A stretch of DNA of 63,306 nucleotides, counting the filler, from Chiloscyllium plagiosum (Eukaryota), in the NCBI RefSeq assembly GCF_004010195.1. It is 4 parts of one record of this genome, joined end to end, with 100 filler letters (N's around TTAATTAATTAA, not from the genome) between each part and the next. Parts side by side here need not be neighbours in the genome. Positions count along the whole stretch, not along the records: positions 18,789 to 42,939 come from NC_057710.1; positions 43,040 to 59,576 come from NC_057710.1; 2 more parts are not named here. One strand, given 5' to 3'. The notes below the pieces were generated by a model that was given only the letters and a program-made list of their open reading frames with translations, had not been told where the DNA came from and did not search any database. The translations under genes were made by a program, and so were the position numbers. Each line of letters opens with the position of its first letter. Positions within the stretch are counted from its first letter, which is position 1. Of this stretch, positions 37,662 through 51,919 are shown in pieces.

Positions 37662-38757
37662 CTACAAAGAAAGAAAGAAAAGGAACAGCAATACATTAGT
37701 GATAAAAATGTCAGAAACAACTAACCTTTGTTGAATGTTAAAGGCAGTAACTGATTCTGAGCACTTTTACTCATTAACTATTTGGTTTACTGTTCACCAG
37801 AGACACACTGAACAGCACTGGACTTTATAGAGTTATTGCCGATGGCTGCCAAGCAAATGAGTGGAGGCCACGTGCAGAAGCACAGGGATACTCTCCACCA
37901 ATTCCTCTGGCAGCAAACTATGAATCATTGTTTGTTTTGACCAAAAACTGGCTTCATAAAGACCATAGTATTTCTCGGCTCTGACCTGCTCTTGGAGCAA
38001 CTGTATTTACTGGTGAGTCCAGTTGAGTTTCTGATCATTCCCCAGGATGTTGATAGTGGGGGATTCAGTGATGATAATGGCATTGAGTGTCAAGGGCTGG
38101 TGGTCAGATTGTCTCTTATTGGAGATGGCCATTGCCTGGCATTTGTGTGGCGCAAAGTCAGATGCACCACAGACCATTATTATCTTGCAAATTTGTGCAA
38201 GTAGTCTTGATTCAACCAAGTAATGTTTGTGCACAGTGCTCACCACCACAACCACCNNNNNNNNNNNNNNNNNNNNNNNNNNNNNNNNNNNNNNNCCTCC
38301 GCCCAACCTCCCCAACACCACACACACCTCCTCCTCTCCACCCCCACCAAGTAATTCTTCTGCACTATACAAGGTATCCAAAAACATCTACAAGGCATTT
38401 CAAAAGGGGAAATGTAATATTTAGCTGTAATGCAACTCACTGACTAATTTGTTCTTCTGCAAATCAGAAACCAGGAATAGTCAAATATAACAGTCACCCT
38501 TGAAGACAGAGACATTTCATGTGAACTGAAACGTCGCAGTGATCCTACAGGGATCACAAAGGCTCTAAGGCTAGTTATCATCTGCCATCATGTGAATGGT
38601 GAGCTAACTTAGGGAAAATCAGCCCTCAAACCTGATGGTCCCCTGGTCCCAACTGGTTTGCTTTAGACTGGATTAGAACTTTTAGCTGCTGTGGCGTTGG
38701 GAGATGTTAAGGCTGCCAAGTTTGCTTTCATTGAAGACGATTTGCAATGACATGTAC

Positions 38758-38914
38758 CTTTTTCTCATTGATGTCTGGTTCTTCAACATCCTCATCTTCA
38801 GCAGAATTTCTCTGCATGTCCTTTACTTTATTCATCAGTTCAGCTTTGACAGCTGATGTGTTGTAGTAAGTGGGACAACGTGCTGAAGTTGCTCCTGTCT
38901 CTCTCTCTTCTTTT
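38758..38914 (-). CDS. shroom3: Shroom3, third-last coding exon (start of ASD2)
   Basis: TCCAG acceptor, AAG|GTACAT donor, 157 nt; KEERETGATSARCPTYYNTSAVKAELMNKVKDM..DINEKK, in frame with the next exon. Confidence 0.9.
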
Positions 38915-39298
38915 CTGGATACATAGGAGGAAGTTTAAAAGACATGAGTTGCTGCTAATGAACACAATCTTTCCAAAGAACAACAAAAAAAGGAGAACTG
39001 CTTTGGATAGGACAGATTAGAAACTTTCTGTTTAACAAAATGACACCAAATACATGGACATCTCCATCACTGAAAACCTCTTTTGTTAAGTTGCTTTCCT
39101 GCTTAACCCTCACTCCCTGGAAAGGTCCTAAGTTGTACCAAGATTGAGAGTACAACAGGTCAACATGATCTTGATGAGCCAAATGGCTTCCTGCTGTTTC
39201 ATTTTATGATTATATGATGTATATGTTCTTGCTGGTTTTGAATCTAGAACATAACCATGGGATGGTTATTTGACCTCCAGGGTTTCACATATAGACCT

Positions 39299-39618
39299 GA
39301 GCGGCACGGTGGCACAGTCGTTAGCACTGCTGCCTCACAGCGCCAGAGACCCGGGTTCAATTCCCGCCTCAGGCGACTGACTGTGTGGAGTTTGCACATT
39401 CTCCCCGTGTCTGCGTGGGTTTCCTCCGGGTGCTCCGGTTTCCTCCCACAGTCCAAAGATGTGCAGCTCAGGTGAATTGGCCATGCTAAATTGCCCGTAG
39501 TGTTAGGAAGGGGTAAATGTAGGGGTATGGGTGGGTTCCGCTTCGGCGGGTCGGTGTGGACTTGTTGGGCCGAAGGGCCTGTTTCCACACTGTAATGTAA
39601 TCTAATCTAAATCTAATC
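39299..39618 (+). mobile_element. Full-length HE1-type tRNA-derived SINE
   Basis: A box TGGCACAGTCG, B box GGTTCAATTCC, (AATCT)n tail; TSD TAGACCT at 39292-39298 and 39619-39625. Confidence 0.92.
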
Positions 39619-40265
39619 TAGACCTCAATGAGACTACAACAAAAGTATATCTTCCAGGTGAACAAAAGACATCCTTTCCTTCTGTGTAATTCAAGCTCAA
39701 AGCAGCTACAACCTTAGCGAAGATCAACAAAAACAGTCCAAGCATCAGCGTATGCTTTTGTAGTGTATAAAAGTAGGGAAGTTTTGCTGCAACTGTACAC
39801 GGCATTAACGAGGCTGCACTGGGAGTACTGGGGACAATTTTGGTCCCCTTATTTGACAAGAGATGTAGTTCTATTGGAGTCACGTGAGAGGAAGGTCATG
39901 GATTGATTTCAGAGACTAGGGATTTGTCTTAAGACCAATTGACCAGTTCTGCCTATATTCTCTGGGGTTGAGAGGACTGAGAGGAGATTGAATTCAGGCA
40001 CAAGATGATTGAGGCACAAGGTGATTGAGAAACTGGATGTAGAAAGGATGTTGCCTCATCTGGGGCAGTCTAGAATGAGAGGTCATAACTTTAGGGTAAG
40101 GGTGGCAGATTTAAAACAGAGTAAGGAGACATTACTTCTCTCAAATAAATCTGTAGAATTCACTATCTGAGTGCGCTGTGGATGCTGAGACATTGAGGAA
40201 ATTCAAAGGAGGATACAGATTTTTAATGAGTAATGGGTTGAAGGGTTGGAAACATGGGTGGGACT

Positions 40266-40530
40266 GGGTCGAGAGTGTGGTGCTGGAGAAGTGCAGCAGG
40301 TCAGGCAGCATCTGAGGAGCAGGAGAATCTCAGAGAGGAGGGTGGAGCAGATAGGTGGGAAGGAAGATTGACAGGTAGTCATGAGGGTGGTGTCGAGTTG
40401 GAAGATTGGATCTGGGATAAGGTGGGGGGAACGGGAAATGAGGAAACTGGTGAAATCCACATTGATCCTGTCTGGTTGGAGGGTCCGAAGGTGGAAGATG
40501 AAGCGTTCTTCCTCCTGGCGTCAGGTGGTT
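40266..40530 (-). mobile_element. PLE 3' fragment nested in an old CR1 tail
   Basis: Terminal repeat plus GGTGAAATCCACATTGATCC..GAAGATGAAGCGTTCTTCC, matching the PLE 3' coding end. Confidence 0.7.
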
Positions 40531-41199
40531 AGTTGAGCGGGTGGGAAGTTGAGTTGAGGCCAAGATAAGATCAGGCGTGATCATATCAAATGGCAGAGTA
40601 AGCTCAAAGGGCTGAAGATCTACGTCTGCTCAGAGTTCTTGTGCTGTTCATCACTAAGCAGCATGCTGGCCAATTACTTTATGTCTTTACATTGAATATC
40701 AGACATTTTATATTTATTTATGTATCTGGAGAAGGTGAGTGATGCAAGAAATAGTGAATGAAGATCAGACTGTGGTTGTATATAAACTGTTCTTAGGACA
40801 GTGAGCCAACTAAGTTTATATTTAGACTGGAGCTTTGAAGAACCAGTGATCTCCTCTTTTTAACCGTCAGCTCTTCCTCATCAGTACCCTCCCACTTTGT
40901 AATGCTATAGACACCTGATTAGGCGATGTTAAACTGAAGCTGGACTCAACTCTGGGCACGACTCTTCCCCACACTGCCCCCATTGCTGAAATGGCTCTCA
41001 TGTTTCTCAGAGCCCAAAGCTGTCTGAATGAATAATCAAGAGATTCAATTAATTCTCTTCTGCTTCTGTTCGAGGTCAAGTGCAAATGAGAATCATGGCA
41101 TTTTGTAATTTTCAGATTGTTTAACAAATTTGTGGACACTAGGGTAAGTTTAGCTGCAACGTACCACTATATAGGATTATTCTGCATCTGTAAGACAGA

Positions 41200-42939
41200 C
41201 CAAAAGACACAGGAGCAGAAACTGGCCATTCAGCCCATTGAGTCTGCTCAGCCATTCAGGGCAATCAATGCTCATCTGATAATCTTCAACTCCATTTTCA
41301 TGCATTATCCCCATAATCCTTGATTCCTTACTGATTAAAAATCTATCTCAACCCTGAATATACTTAATGACCAGGTTTGATAGCCCTCTGTGATAAAGGA
41401 TTCCACGGATGAACCACCCTCAGAAGGAAATACTGCTTATCTCTGTCTTAAATGGATGACTCCTCATTCTAAGAATATGCTCTCTGGTTCTAGACTCTAC
41501 CACAAGTAGAAACAATCTCTCCTTGTCAAGTTCCCTAAGAATCTTGTATGTTTCAATAAGTTGCCTTGCATTCTTCCAAATCCCAAAGAATATAGGCCAA
41601 ACCTACATTACAGTCCCTTCATACCTGGGCTAGGCCTACTAAACCTTCTCTGGATTTTTTCCAATGCTAGAATATGTTTCTTTAGATAGAGGGTCTAAGT
41701 AATTTTTTAAAAAAACTGTTCATGGAATTCTCAGCTGTGGTCTGACTAATGCTTTGTATAGTTCTAGCAATACCTCCCCACTTTGATACCTTATTCCTTT
41801 TGAAACAATGGTCACTATTTAATTTGCCTTCCCTTTCCCTGCTGAACATGTATGTGAACATTTTATGATTTATGCACAAGGACTCTCAAATCCCTCTTTG
41901 CTATGTCTTTTTGCTGTTTTTCTCCATTAAATAGTATTCAGCCCCCCATTCCTCTTGCCAAAGTGCATAACCTCACATTTTCCCACATTATGTTCAATCT
42001 GCCAAGTTTTTGCTGACTCACTTAACCTGCCTACCTCCCTCTGCAGACTATTTTAAGATATCCTCTTTACTTGCCTTCCCAACTATTTTTGCGTCATCCA
42101 CAAACTTAGCTGTAGTACATTCACCTTCCTTATCTAATTCATTAACATACGTTGTAAATAATTGTGTTTATGAAGAAAAGTTGATTGTGGTGGCATTCCA
42201 TGAGTAACAGGATGCCACTCTGAAAATGCTCCTCTTACCTCAACTATTCTAGTAGGAAGCCAATCTCACATACGCATAAAATGCCTTTGGGTTATCCTTG
42301 ATCCTATCCGCCAAAGATTTTTCATGCCCTCTCTTGGCTCTCCTAATCCCTTTCTTCAGGTCCCTTCTGGCTATCCAGATCCAGACTTGTAGTCCAGCAA
42401 GTAGGCTAGCTGTTTGTCAGGATGTCCAAGTATGTGGGGAGGCTGTGAAGAAAGTAGCACTGACAGGGAATACTTTCGGACACAGAGATGGGTTCAAGTG
42501 CATATACTTCAACGCAAGGAGTATCAGAAATAAGGTCAGTGAACTTAAGGCATGGATAGGTACCTGGGACTACAATGTTGTGGCCATCGCGGAAATGTGG
42601 ATAGAAGAGGGACAGGAATGGTTGTTGGAGGTTCCTGGTTACAGATGTTTCAGTAGGATTAGGGAGGGTGGCGTTGCTAATTAGAAATGGTATAACAGCT
42701 GCAGAAAGGCAGTTCGAGGTGGATCTGCCTTTAGAGGTAGTATGGGCTGAAGTCAGAAATAGGAAAGGTGCAGTCACCTTGTTGGGTGTTTACTATAGGC
42801 CCCCCAATAGCAGCAGAGATGTGGAGAAACAGATGGGGAAACAGATTTTGGAAAGGTGCAGAAGCCACAGGGTAGTAGCCATGGGCGATTTCAACTTCCC
42901 AAATATTGATTGGAAGCTCTTTAGATCAAATAGATTGGA
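41200..42939. mobile_element. CR1 fragments: old minus copy (41200-42260) and younger plus endonuclease segment (42440-42939)
   Basis: Encodes YFNARSIRNK, GVYYRPPNS and MGDFNFPNIDW. Confidence 0.82.
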
Positions 42940-43039
42940 NNNNNNNNNNNNNNNNNNNNNNNNNNNNNNNNNNNNNNNNNNNNTTAATTAATTAANNNNN
43001 NNNNNNNNNNNNNNNNNNNNNNNNNNNNNNNNNNNNNNN
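42940..43039. other. Artificial scaffold spacer
   Basis: 44 N + TTAATTAATTAA + 44 N. Confidence 0.95.
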
Positions 43040-43281
43040 TCTGACCTATCACCCTCACCTTGACCTCTTTCCACCTATCGCATTTCCAACGCCCCTCCCC
43101 CAAGTCCCTCCTCCCTACCTTTTATCTTAGCCTGCTGGACACACTTTCCTAATTCCTGAAGAAGGGCTTATGCCCGAAACGTCAATTCTCCTGTTCCCTG
43201 GATGCTGCCTGACCTGCTGCGCTGTTCCAGCAACACATTTTCAGCTCTGATCTCCAGCATCTGCAGACCTCACTTTCTCCT
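43040..43281 (+). mobile_element. PLE 3' terminal repeat with a hammerhead motif (43156-43183)
   Basis: CTGAAGAAGGGCTTATGCCCGAAACGTC. Confidence 0.8.
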
Positions 43282-45694
43282 GTAAGCAATATTCTGTCCA
43301 GCTTTCAACTGTACATTATCAGTTCATTTGAGATGTCCAGTACATCTTCAATGGCATTTAGATGACAAAAGAAACCTACAGTTATTCATTTGGAAACTGG
43401 CACAGATTGGGAAAAGGTGATATTGGTGCTGGTAGGTCTGAGATCACTACTTGAACACTGCTCTGTCGGTGAACAGGTATTCATCTCGGTTTATCTGATC
43501 AACTTTCAACTGGATCAGATGTTTTAGCACAGATATCAATGTTATCTTGCCCAGCCTGTTGAACAATAATGACATGTCATTATGCCTGCTGTGTTCGGTG
43601 AAATCTTCCCAGCCTCTGATGATGTGGGTAATGGTGAAGAAGAATCGTATGGGATGGCCAGTGAGAAGCTTCCTGACATCAGGAACAAAAGATCAATTTT
43701 CCAGTCAAATGTTGAATGGTGAGCCGGGTTTCTTGATAGTGAGCAGCAAGAGGTCTGTTTACGTCTTCATTAATACACCATCTCTCCTCATTGATATACA
43801 ATATCCCTTTCATCAGATAGAATGGTGACAAGTCCCGTATGAAATCCGGAGCGGTAACCTGGTGACTCTGTTCGCTGCTTGCTCCTCTGGTTCTCCATTT
43901 GGACAGCAGAGGCCACCACCTCAGGACACAGTCCATGGACAACCACCACACACTTGAGCCACTGCCCCACATGCAATTGGCAGGAACTGTGCAGAGCAGC
44001 ACTTAACAGGGCACATGAATGGGCTTTGAGGATGGCACTGACATCAAGAATCCCTGGAGACCCCAGCAGTTCCCAGCACTACCTGCGGCGAGTGGGAGAA
44101 CATAACAAATAAGGCACCAGAGAGTAAATTTTACCAAAGGTAATATTCAGCCTACAGTCATGGCTAGACAGTTAGGAATCAGGGTCAGTGAAGAGAAGTT
44201 TTGAAATTCTCAAGAAGGTGTTGTCATTAAGGATAGTTATAATATCTTAGATTTTTGTAAAAATTCATTCTTTCTTTAAATGGACAAAATGATTCTTAAA
44301 AACAAAAGCATTGCTAAACGTCGCTTAACCTTTACAACCACAATATTTTCAAATTCTTGGAAGGCTGTCATGGATTATAAACATGATCAGACATTGCACA
44401 TTCCTATAAGGAAAAATACAAACACCTTTCCAATGGCTTTTCTTCCAACAGCTCCTTCCTTTCTCACCAACCCTGAAAGAATGGGAGCTTTCCAAAATAA
44501 TAGGTTAGATATTTAAAAAATGAATTGCCTCACTAAAAGACAATGGATGGAACTCTGCTCCATGTCTGAGCTAATACAATACCGAATAAGGAAATATAGT
44601 TTGATTGTTTGTGTTTGCTGCCATGCTGGATTTTGAACCGCCATTTGAACATTCTTTTGGAGGAGCCCCAGGGGTATCTCTGCAAGACATCATCAGAGAA
44701 GGCTCTTGGCTAAGAGGTAGGTAGAGGAAGGTATTAAAAAACTCAACTGCTGTTTTCAGAGAAAAGCCCAGGCAATCTCCAAATGCTGTCAGTACTAGTG
44801 AGGGACAAGAAACCTACTCCCTCTCTCCTAATCTGTTTGACCTGCTGAGTCCACCTGAAAAGGAAAACATTCACTTTTCAACCACTGTTACAGCCAAAGC
44901 AGCTGCTGAAGCTGACTTCAAGTTTTAACTCATTGCTTCAAAAAAAATGCAATGATCGTACAGACTGATCTTACTTGGAGTTTTATGAGCATTTTAATCT
45001 TATCTATTTTTAAACTTTGTGTTTCTATTTTTAGCAAACATCTTCATCACCTTTTGCCTGGATAATTATAACAGTTTTTTTTACTGAACTTAACATCATC
45101 TTGCTTAAGACTGAAGCTTTGCTGCTGGTTATTTTCACAGATTGAAAGTGCTCCATACACACAAATTCTGAGGTCCTGGACTTCTTTGAGAAAATACCCC
45201 TTACATGGTTATGGCAGTGTTTATCAGTTTACTCACAAATGTAATTTTATATTTGGACATTAAGTGAATTCTTGAATACATAGCAGGTTCATGCTAATCT
45301 GGATGGAAGCCTATATCTTGCAAATCCAAAGGTCATTCAATCGAACAACATGACCTTGTGCTAGCTGTGCTCCACATCTGCCTGCTGAAGTAACATGTAC
45401 ACTTTGCCAACAAATGCACATAAAACATGCTTTGTTCACTATTAATGTGAGTCTGAATTAATACTGTCATTATTCCAATCATAATGCTGCATCTTCATTT
45501 TGCCACTTTGTCATTTTGTTCAAAATCAGCTTAATATTCATCTCCTCTATTTCCAGGATTCTGTAGCAGATATTCACTTTGAATTGAATAATGAAATACA
45601 TTTGTACCAATCACTAAATAATGCCCAGCATGATGTTGTTACTATAATAGGCATTACAGTGTAAACCACAATTTTACCACTTTTCCTCCAGTGA

Positions 45695-47595
45695 TACAAC
45701 ACAGAAACAGACCTTTCGGTCCAACTAGTCCGCGCTGACCAATTATCCTAAATTAATCTAGTCCCATTTGCCAGCACTTGGCCCATATCCCTCTAAACCC
45801 TTCCTATTTATGTACCCATCCAGATGCCTTTTAAACGTTGTAATTGTACTCACTTCCATCACCTCTTTTGGCAGCTCATTCCATACACACACCACCCTCT
45901 GTCTGAAAAAGTTGCCCTTTAAGTCCCTTTTAAATATTTCCCCTCTCACCCTTGGTTTTGGACTCTCCTACCCTGGAAAAAAGATCTTAGCTATTCACCC
46001 TATCCATGCCTGTCATGATTTTATAAACCTCTATAAGGTCACCCCTCAGCCTCCAACAGTCCAGGGAAGAAAGCTCCAGCCTATTCAGCCTTTCCCTATA
46101 GCTGAAACCCTCCAAGCCCAGGAGCATTCTTGTAAATCTTTTCTGAAAACTTTCAAGTTTAACAACATCTTTCCTATGCAGGGAGACCAGAATTGAAAGC
46201 AGTATTCCAGAAGTGGCCTCACCAATGTCCTGTACAGCCACCACATGATGTCCCAACTCCAATATTCAATGCACTGACCAATGAAGGTAAGTGTGTCAAA
46301 TGCCTTCTTCACCACTCTGTTTACCTATTATTTCACTTTCAAGGAACTATGAGCCTGCACCCCAACGTCTGTTTGTTCAATATCACTCCCCAGGGTCCTA
46401 CCATTAACAACTGCCTTGGTTTGCCTTATGAAAATGCTACATCTCACATTTATCTAGATTAAGCTTGATGTGAAGGTGCCGGTGTTGGACTGGGGTGGAT
46501 AAAATCAGAAGTCACATAATACCAGGTTAAGGTCCAACAGGTCTGATGAAGGAGCAGTGCTCTGAAAGCTTGTGATTTCAAATAAACCTGTTGGACTATA
46601 ATCTGAGACTTGTGTGACTTCTGACTAGATTAAACTCCATCTGCCACTCCTCGGCCCATTTGCCATCTGATCACGATCCCATTGTACTCTGAGATAACCT
46701 TCTTCACTGTCCACTACACCTCCAATTTTAATGTCATCTGCAATTAGTCCTCCTATATTGACAACTAAATCATTTATATAAATGACAAAAGCAATGGATC
46801 CAGCACAGAATATCGCAGTACACCATTGGTCACAGGCCTCCAGTCCACAAACAACCCTCCACCACCACCCCCTATCTCCTATTTTCAAACCAATTTTGTA
46901 TCCAGTTGGCTAGCTGGCCCTGGATTCCACATGATCTCACCTTGCTAACTAGGCTCCGATGTAGAACCTTGTCAGATGCCTTACTGAAGTGCATATAGAC
47001 AATGTCTACCACTCTGCTTTCATCAATCTTCTTTGTCACCTCTTCAAAAAAACTGTCAAGTTAGTGAGACATGATTTTCCATGTACAAAGCCATGGTGAG
47101 TATACCTAATCAGTCATTACCTTTCCAAATACATATAAATCCTCTCCCTCAGAATCTCCTCCAACACCATACCCACCACTGACATTAGGCTCACCAGTCT
47201 TTACTTTCCTGGCTTTTTCTTGCGGTTTTTCTTAACTAGTGGCGCAACGTTAGCCAACCTCCAGGCACTTCACCCATGGTTGTCGATGATATAAATATCT
47301 TAGCAAGGGGGCCAGCAATCTCTTCCCTTCCTTCCCACAAAGTTCTGCGATACAATTGATTGGGTCCCAGGGATTTATATACCTTTATGTGTTTTAAGAT
47401 CTCCAACACCTCCTCTTATGTAATATGGACATTTTTCAAGACCGTGTTATTTATTTCCCAAGTTCCCTTGCTTCCATTTCCTTCTCCACAATAAATATAG
47501 ACATGAAATATTCATTTACTATGTCACCCATTTTCTGTGATTCCACATATAGACAGGAACATTGATCTTAAAGAGGCTCTATTTTCTCTCTAGTT
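45695..47595 (-). mobile_element. CR1/HER1-type LINE 3' half
   Basis: Encodes LVRPLLEYCFQFWSP, IADDIKIGG and RLRGDLIEVYKIM. Confidence 0.9.
46463..46624. mobile_element. Fold-back mini-insert of hammerhead family 2
   Basis: TSD CTAGATTAA at 46454-46462 and 46625-46633; imperfect inverted arms around CTGATGAAGGAGCAGTGCTCTGAAAGCTT. Confidence 0.8.
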
Positions 47596-48499
47596 ACTCT
47601 TCTTTTCTCACTTTGCTTTCAGTTTCCTCACTTCAGTGATAGTTTGTTTTTTTTGTTCATGGCATGTAGATTTTGCTGGCTAGGCTAGAATGTATTGGCC
47701 ATTCCTAATTGCTGTGCAAGTAATGCAGAGTCTATCACTGTGGGTCTGATATCTTATGTAGGCCAGACCAGGTCAGGGTGGCAGATTTCCTTCCCAGAAG
47801 AGCATTGTGAACCACATTGTTTTTGCAATGATTAATAGTAGTGACAGGGTCACCACTAGGCCAGCTTTTTATTATAAACTTTTATGGAATTGAAAAATCA
47901 CCACTTGTTGGGGATTTGACTCATGTCCTAGAATACAGTGTAATGACTGAGCATTCATTGATTGAAAGGAATCCTTTTCTCCCCCTTTCTCCTTTTCTCC
48001 CCACCAGCAAACCCTGCACTCCTCAGCTCTACCACATCCATCCTCTGCTAAGGCCAGCATCAGGAAAATGCAATCTCTTGTTTTAGATATACTCCCATCC
48101 TGTAGTCATATCTTTTGATGAATTGTCACATGAGGCACTATTATGTGGGGATGCCATTACTAGGTTACACCTTAGATTGGAGCTCTGTGCTGGAATATTG
48201 TCAGATGCATCATGCAATGAAAGGGTTGTAAGGAGGTCTGAAATTTTTCCATTGCACATCAGTCATTGTGGAACAAGATGCCACACAAAGCTTTATGATG
48301 TGAATGTTCAGACAAACAATTAAGTGTGTGCTACCTTGGTAACTCTCTTGTTTTATTTTTCTGCTGTATTTGACTCCAGGTTCTATAGCTGTTGTATCTA
48401 TGTTCAGTTCTGGTGGTCACCAGACACTGTGCATTGCTTTCTGTCAGGTGGCTGTCAAACGTACTGAATGTCCATCGCTCACCTCATCACCACATCCTC

Positions 48500-49100
48500 A
48501 GGTGACTGTCAGTGTGGAGCTTGCACATTCTCCCAGTATCCGCCTAGGTTTTCTCCAGGTGCTCCAGTTTTCTCCCACAGTCCAAAGATGTGCAGGTAGA
48601 TGAATTGGCCATGCTAAATTGGCCATAGGGTCCAGGGATGTGAAGGTTAGGTGCATTAGTCAAGGGAAATGTCAGACTAATAGGTTAGAGGAATGGGTAT
48701 CTGTAGGATACTCTTCAGAGGGGTGGTGTGGACTTGTTGGGTCAAATAGAGTCATAGAGATGTACAGCATGGAAACAGACCCTTCGGTCCAACCTGTCCA
48801 TGCCGACCAGATATCCCAACCCAATCTAGTCACCTGCCAGCACCCGGCCCATATCACTCCAAACCCTTCCTATTCATATACCCATCCAAATGCCTCTTAA
48901 ATGTGGCAATTGTACCAGCCTCCTCCACTTCCTCTGGCAGCTCATTCCATACATGTATCACCCTCTGCGTGAAAAAGTTGCCCCTTAAGTCTCTTTTATA
49001 TCTTTCCCCTCTCACCCTAAACCTATGCCCTCTTGTTCTGGACTCCCTGACTCCAGGGAAAAGACTTTGTCTTAGCCTGTTCCACACTGTAGGGATTGTA
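48500..49100. mobile_element. HE1-type SINE (plus) interrupted by a CR1 3' tail (48747-49072, minus)
   Basis: The SINE body resumes as GCCTGTTTCCACACTGTAGG after the CR1 fragment. Confidence 0.8.
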
Positions 49101-51225
49101 TAAATGAAGGAACTTTACTAACCCTCAAACAGTTGTATTCAGCCACATCACTAGCAATGAATTCCCACATTTTTGTTGCTGTTAATAACTTTTCACTACC
49201 ACAACTTATTCCATTTGTTTTACCAGCTATCCCCATTCTATTTCAAGTCAATTCCTGATAAATTGCTTTTGCAGAACTACACAGAATGGTGCCTCGTTCA
49301 CTTTGCAGACATGAAATGGCATGTGTGAATTAGATAGGGAGAAATTTGGCAACTCTAATGTAACTAGACAAACCTACAAGTGAGCATGCAATCAGCTATC
49401 CAGATTTTGTGCATTGTCCAGCCTGCTCTGTCTCTGTTACATCCATTCTTTGTTGAGGAAATCTACACAGAGATGAGCTGTCCAAGTTATAAAAGAAGAA
49501 ATCAAGAAAGAACTTGTATTTGCATACACCTTTCATCACCTCAGGAGGTCTCACAGCATTTTACAGCCGATGCAACATTTTGGATGTGTTGTTAGTGCTG
49601 TGAGGTAGAAAATATAGCAGCTAACTTGTATGCAGCGAGATCCCACAAGCATCAATGCGACAAGTACAAAATAATCCATTTCAGTTAGTGGATAACTAAT
49701 GACCAGAATGGAGTGAAGAACTCCCTGCTCCTCTATAAATAGTGCCATGGGATACCTCTGCGAGGGCAGGTGGAGCTATGGCTGAATGACTCATCTGAAA
49801 GATACAGTGCCTAAACACATCATTCATTAAAAAGAATTCCTGTCACAATTTGAATTAGGAAGCTTTAGGACAAGAGATTGGCTTCCTTTCAGGGTGAAAC
49901 TCCTTTAAAGTTGTACTATTTGGACAATCTGAACAAAAGAATATTAAATATCACTCAGAAAATATTTGTAGAAATTCACAACTGGAAGGGCACAGAAAGG
50001 CATGTAGAGATTTAGAGCTTGCCAAAGAATGCATGCCAGTTGGGCGGAGAGGCAGATGTACCTTAGGGGTGGGGAGGCAGGAGGAGACAGCTGGAATGGT
50101 GCATCTGCTAGAGTCCTGTATTGACAACCCAGAGCTGCTGCTGTGTCTGTCTCTTGTTTATTCAACTGGATGGTCTGATCTAAACTGAATGCAGCAGTGT
50201 TACATGGGAGCATTCATACTGTAACCATACACAGAGCACCTTCCTCGCTGGAGAAATGATTTCCTTCACCAGAAACATACAAAGGTCTGGTGTAGCTGGG
50301 TAGACTGGATGCAGGGATGATGTTTCTCTTTGCTGGAGGTCACACTCTCAGCATACTGTTTACGCCATTTTGGACTGAGCTGAAGAGACATTCCTTCGCT
50401 CAGAGGTGGTAAGCTTGCAAACTTTTTTTTAAACCACAGAAGGCACTGGAGGCCAATATTTGAATAGATGTCACTTCAGAAAGAAGTAGATTTCTGCTGG
50501 TTAAATGTGTCAAAGGGTATAGAGAGAGTAAGGGAGTTCGGTGTGACCATGTTGAATTCCAGAATCGGTTTGATGGGCTGAATGGTCTATTCCCGTTCCC
50601 ATTTTTTGATTTCTATGTAAGGGATCGGATACAGAGTTTTGGTGTATTGGACATCATGGGGGTTGAATTGGACATTGCGGAGGAAGATTGGAGGTGTGGA
50701 CATCAGTGAGAGAGGATGTTAAGATGTGTTAGATCGCATGGGGGATGAGTTAATGATAGTGGAAGGGCCATGATGTGCTGAATATGGTGTGAGAATGTGG
50801 ATGACATGGGGCAAATCAGAATTCCCGCTCCTCCTGGCCCACAAGAAGTTTTGTAAATGCGTTTAGTTCACAGACCCAACTATCCTTTTTTTTAATCTGC
50901 TGGGCTTCCTGTAGTTTGGAAATCTCAGTGTCTATGTGTTTGAAATTAAAACAGAATGAAAATGAAAGAATGGAGCCCTCTTTAAAAAATAATGTAGGGT
51001 GTCACCTGCCCCGCAAGAGCTGTGTCACCCTCACCTGCTTTGGGGATAATCTTGAGAATTTAATTTTTATTATCGTCCCATTATTCCCTAACCCACTCAT
51101 CCAGACTTGGATGGGATGATTGCACTGAGATTGGGAAATCTAGGCCAGTATTCTCCAAGAGTTTGGAAAATTGCAGTCATAGTAATGTACAATGTATTTT
51201 CAAATGGATAGACAGGTTGGATTGG

Positions 51226-51919
51226 TTAGGTAAAAACAATGACTGCAGATGCTGGAAACCAGAGTCGAGATTAGAGTGGTGCTGGAAAAGCACAGCAGTT
51301 CAGGCAGCATCCGAGGAGTAAAATTGATGTTTCGGGCAAAAGCCCTTCATCAGGAATACAGGCAGTGAGCCTGAAGGGTGGAGAGATAAATGAGAGGAGG
51401 GTNNNNNNNNNNNNNNNNNNNNNNNNNNNNNNNNNNNNNNNNNNNNNNNNNNNNNNNNNNNNNNNNNNNNNNNNNNNNNNNNNNNNNNNNNNNNNNNNNN
51501 NNNNNNNNNNNNNNNAGTCATGGGGACAGTGCTGAGCTGGAAGTTTGGAACTGGGGTGAGGTGGGGGAAGGGGAAATGAGGAAACTGGTGAAGTCCACAT
51601 TGATGCCCTGGGGTTGAATTGTTCTGAGGCAGAAGATGAGGCGTTCTTCCTCCAGGCGTCGGGTGGTGAGGGAGCGGCGGTGAAGTAGCGAGTTTGTTTC
51701 AGGACATGGTTGAAGAGCTTCAGGGCAGAGGAAATGACCTGGGAGTTGCAGTGAGAGAGGGATTCCGAGATTCTTGTAGAGACAGGAGGAAAACTTCTTC
51801 AAGGCAGGCACCCTTGCAAGAGGATTCGCAGTAGGGTTAAAATCAACTCGGTAAAAACAATGACTGCAGATGCTGGAAACCAGAGTCTAGATTAGAGTGG
51901 TGCTGGAAAAGCACAGCAA
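51226..51919 (-). mobile_element. Internally deleted PLE with direct terminal repeats
   Basis: Direct repeats GTAAAAACAATGACTGCAGATGCTGGAAACCAGAGTC at about 51230 and 51850; TSD TTGGATTGG at 51217-51225 and 51920-51928; hammerhead-like motif at ~51325-51356. Confidence 0.82.

Noticed and set aside
39299..39375. tRNA-like A/B boxes
   Set aside because: This is the head of an HE1 SINE, not a tRNA gene.
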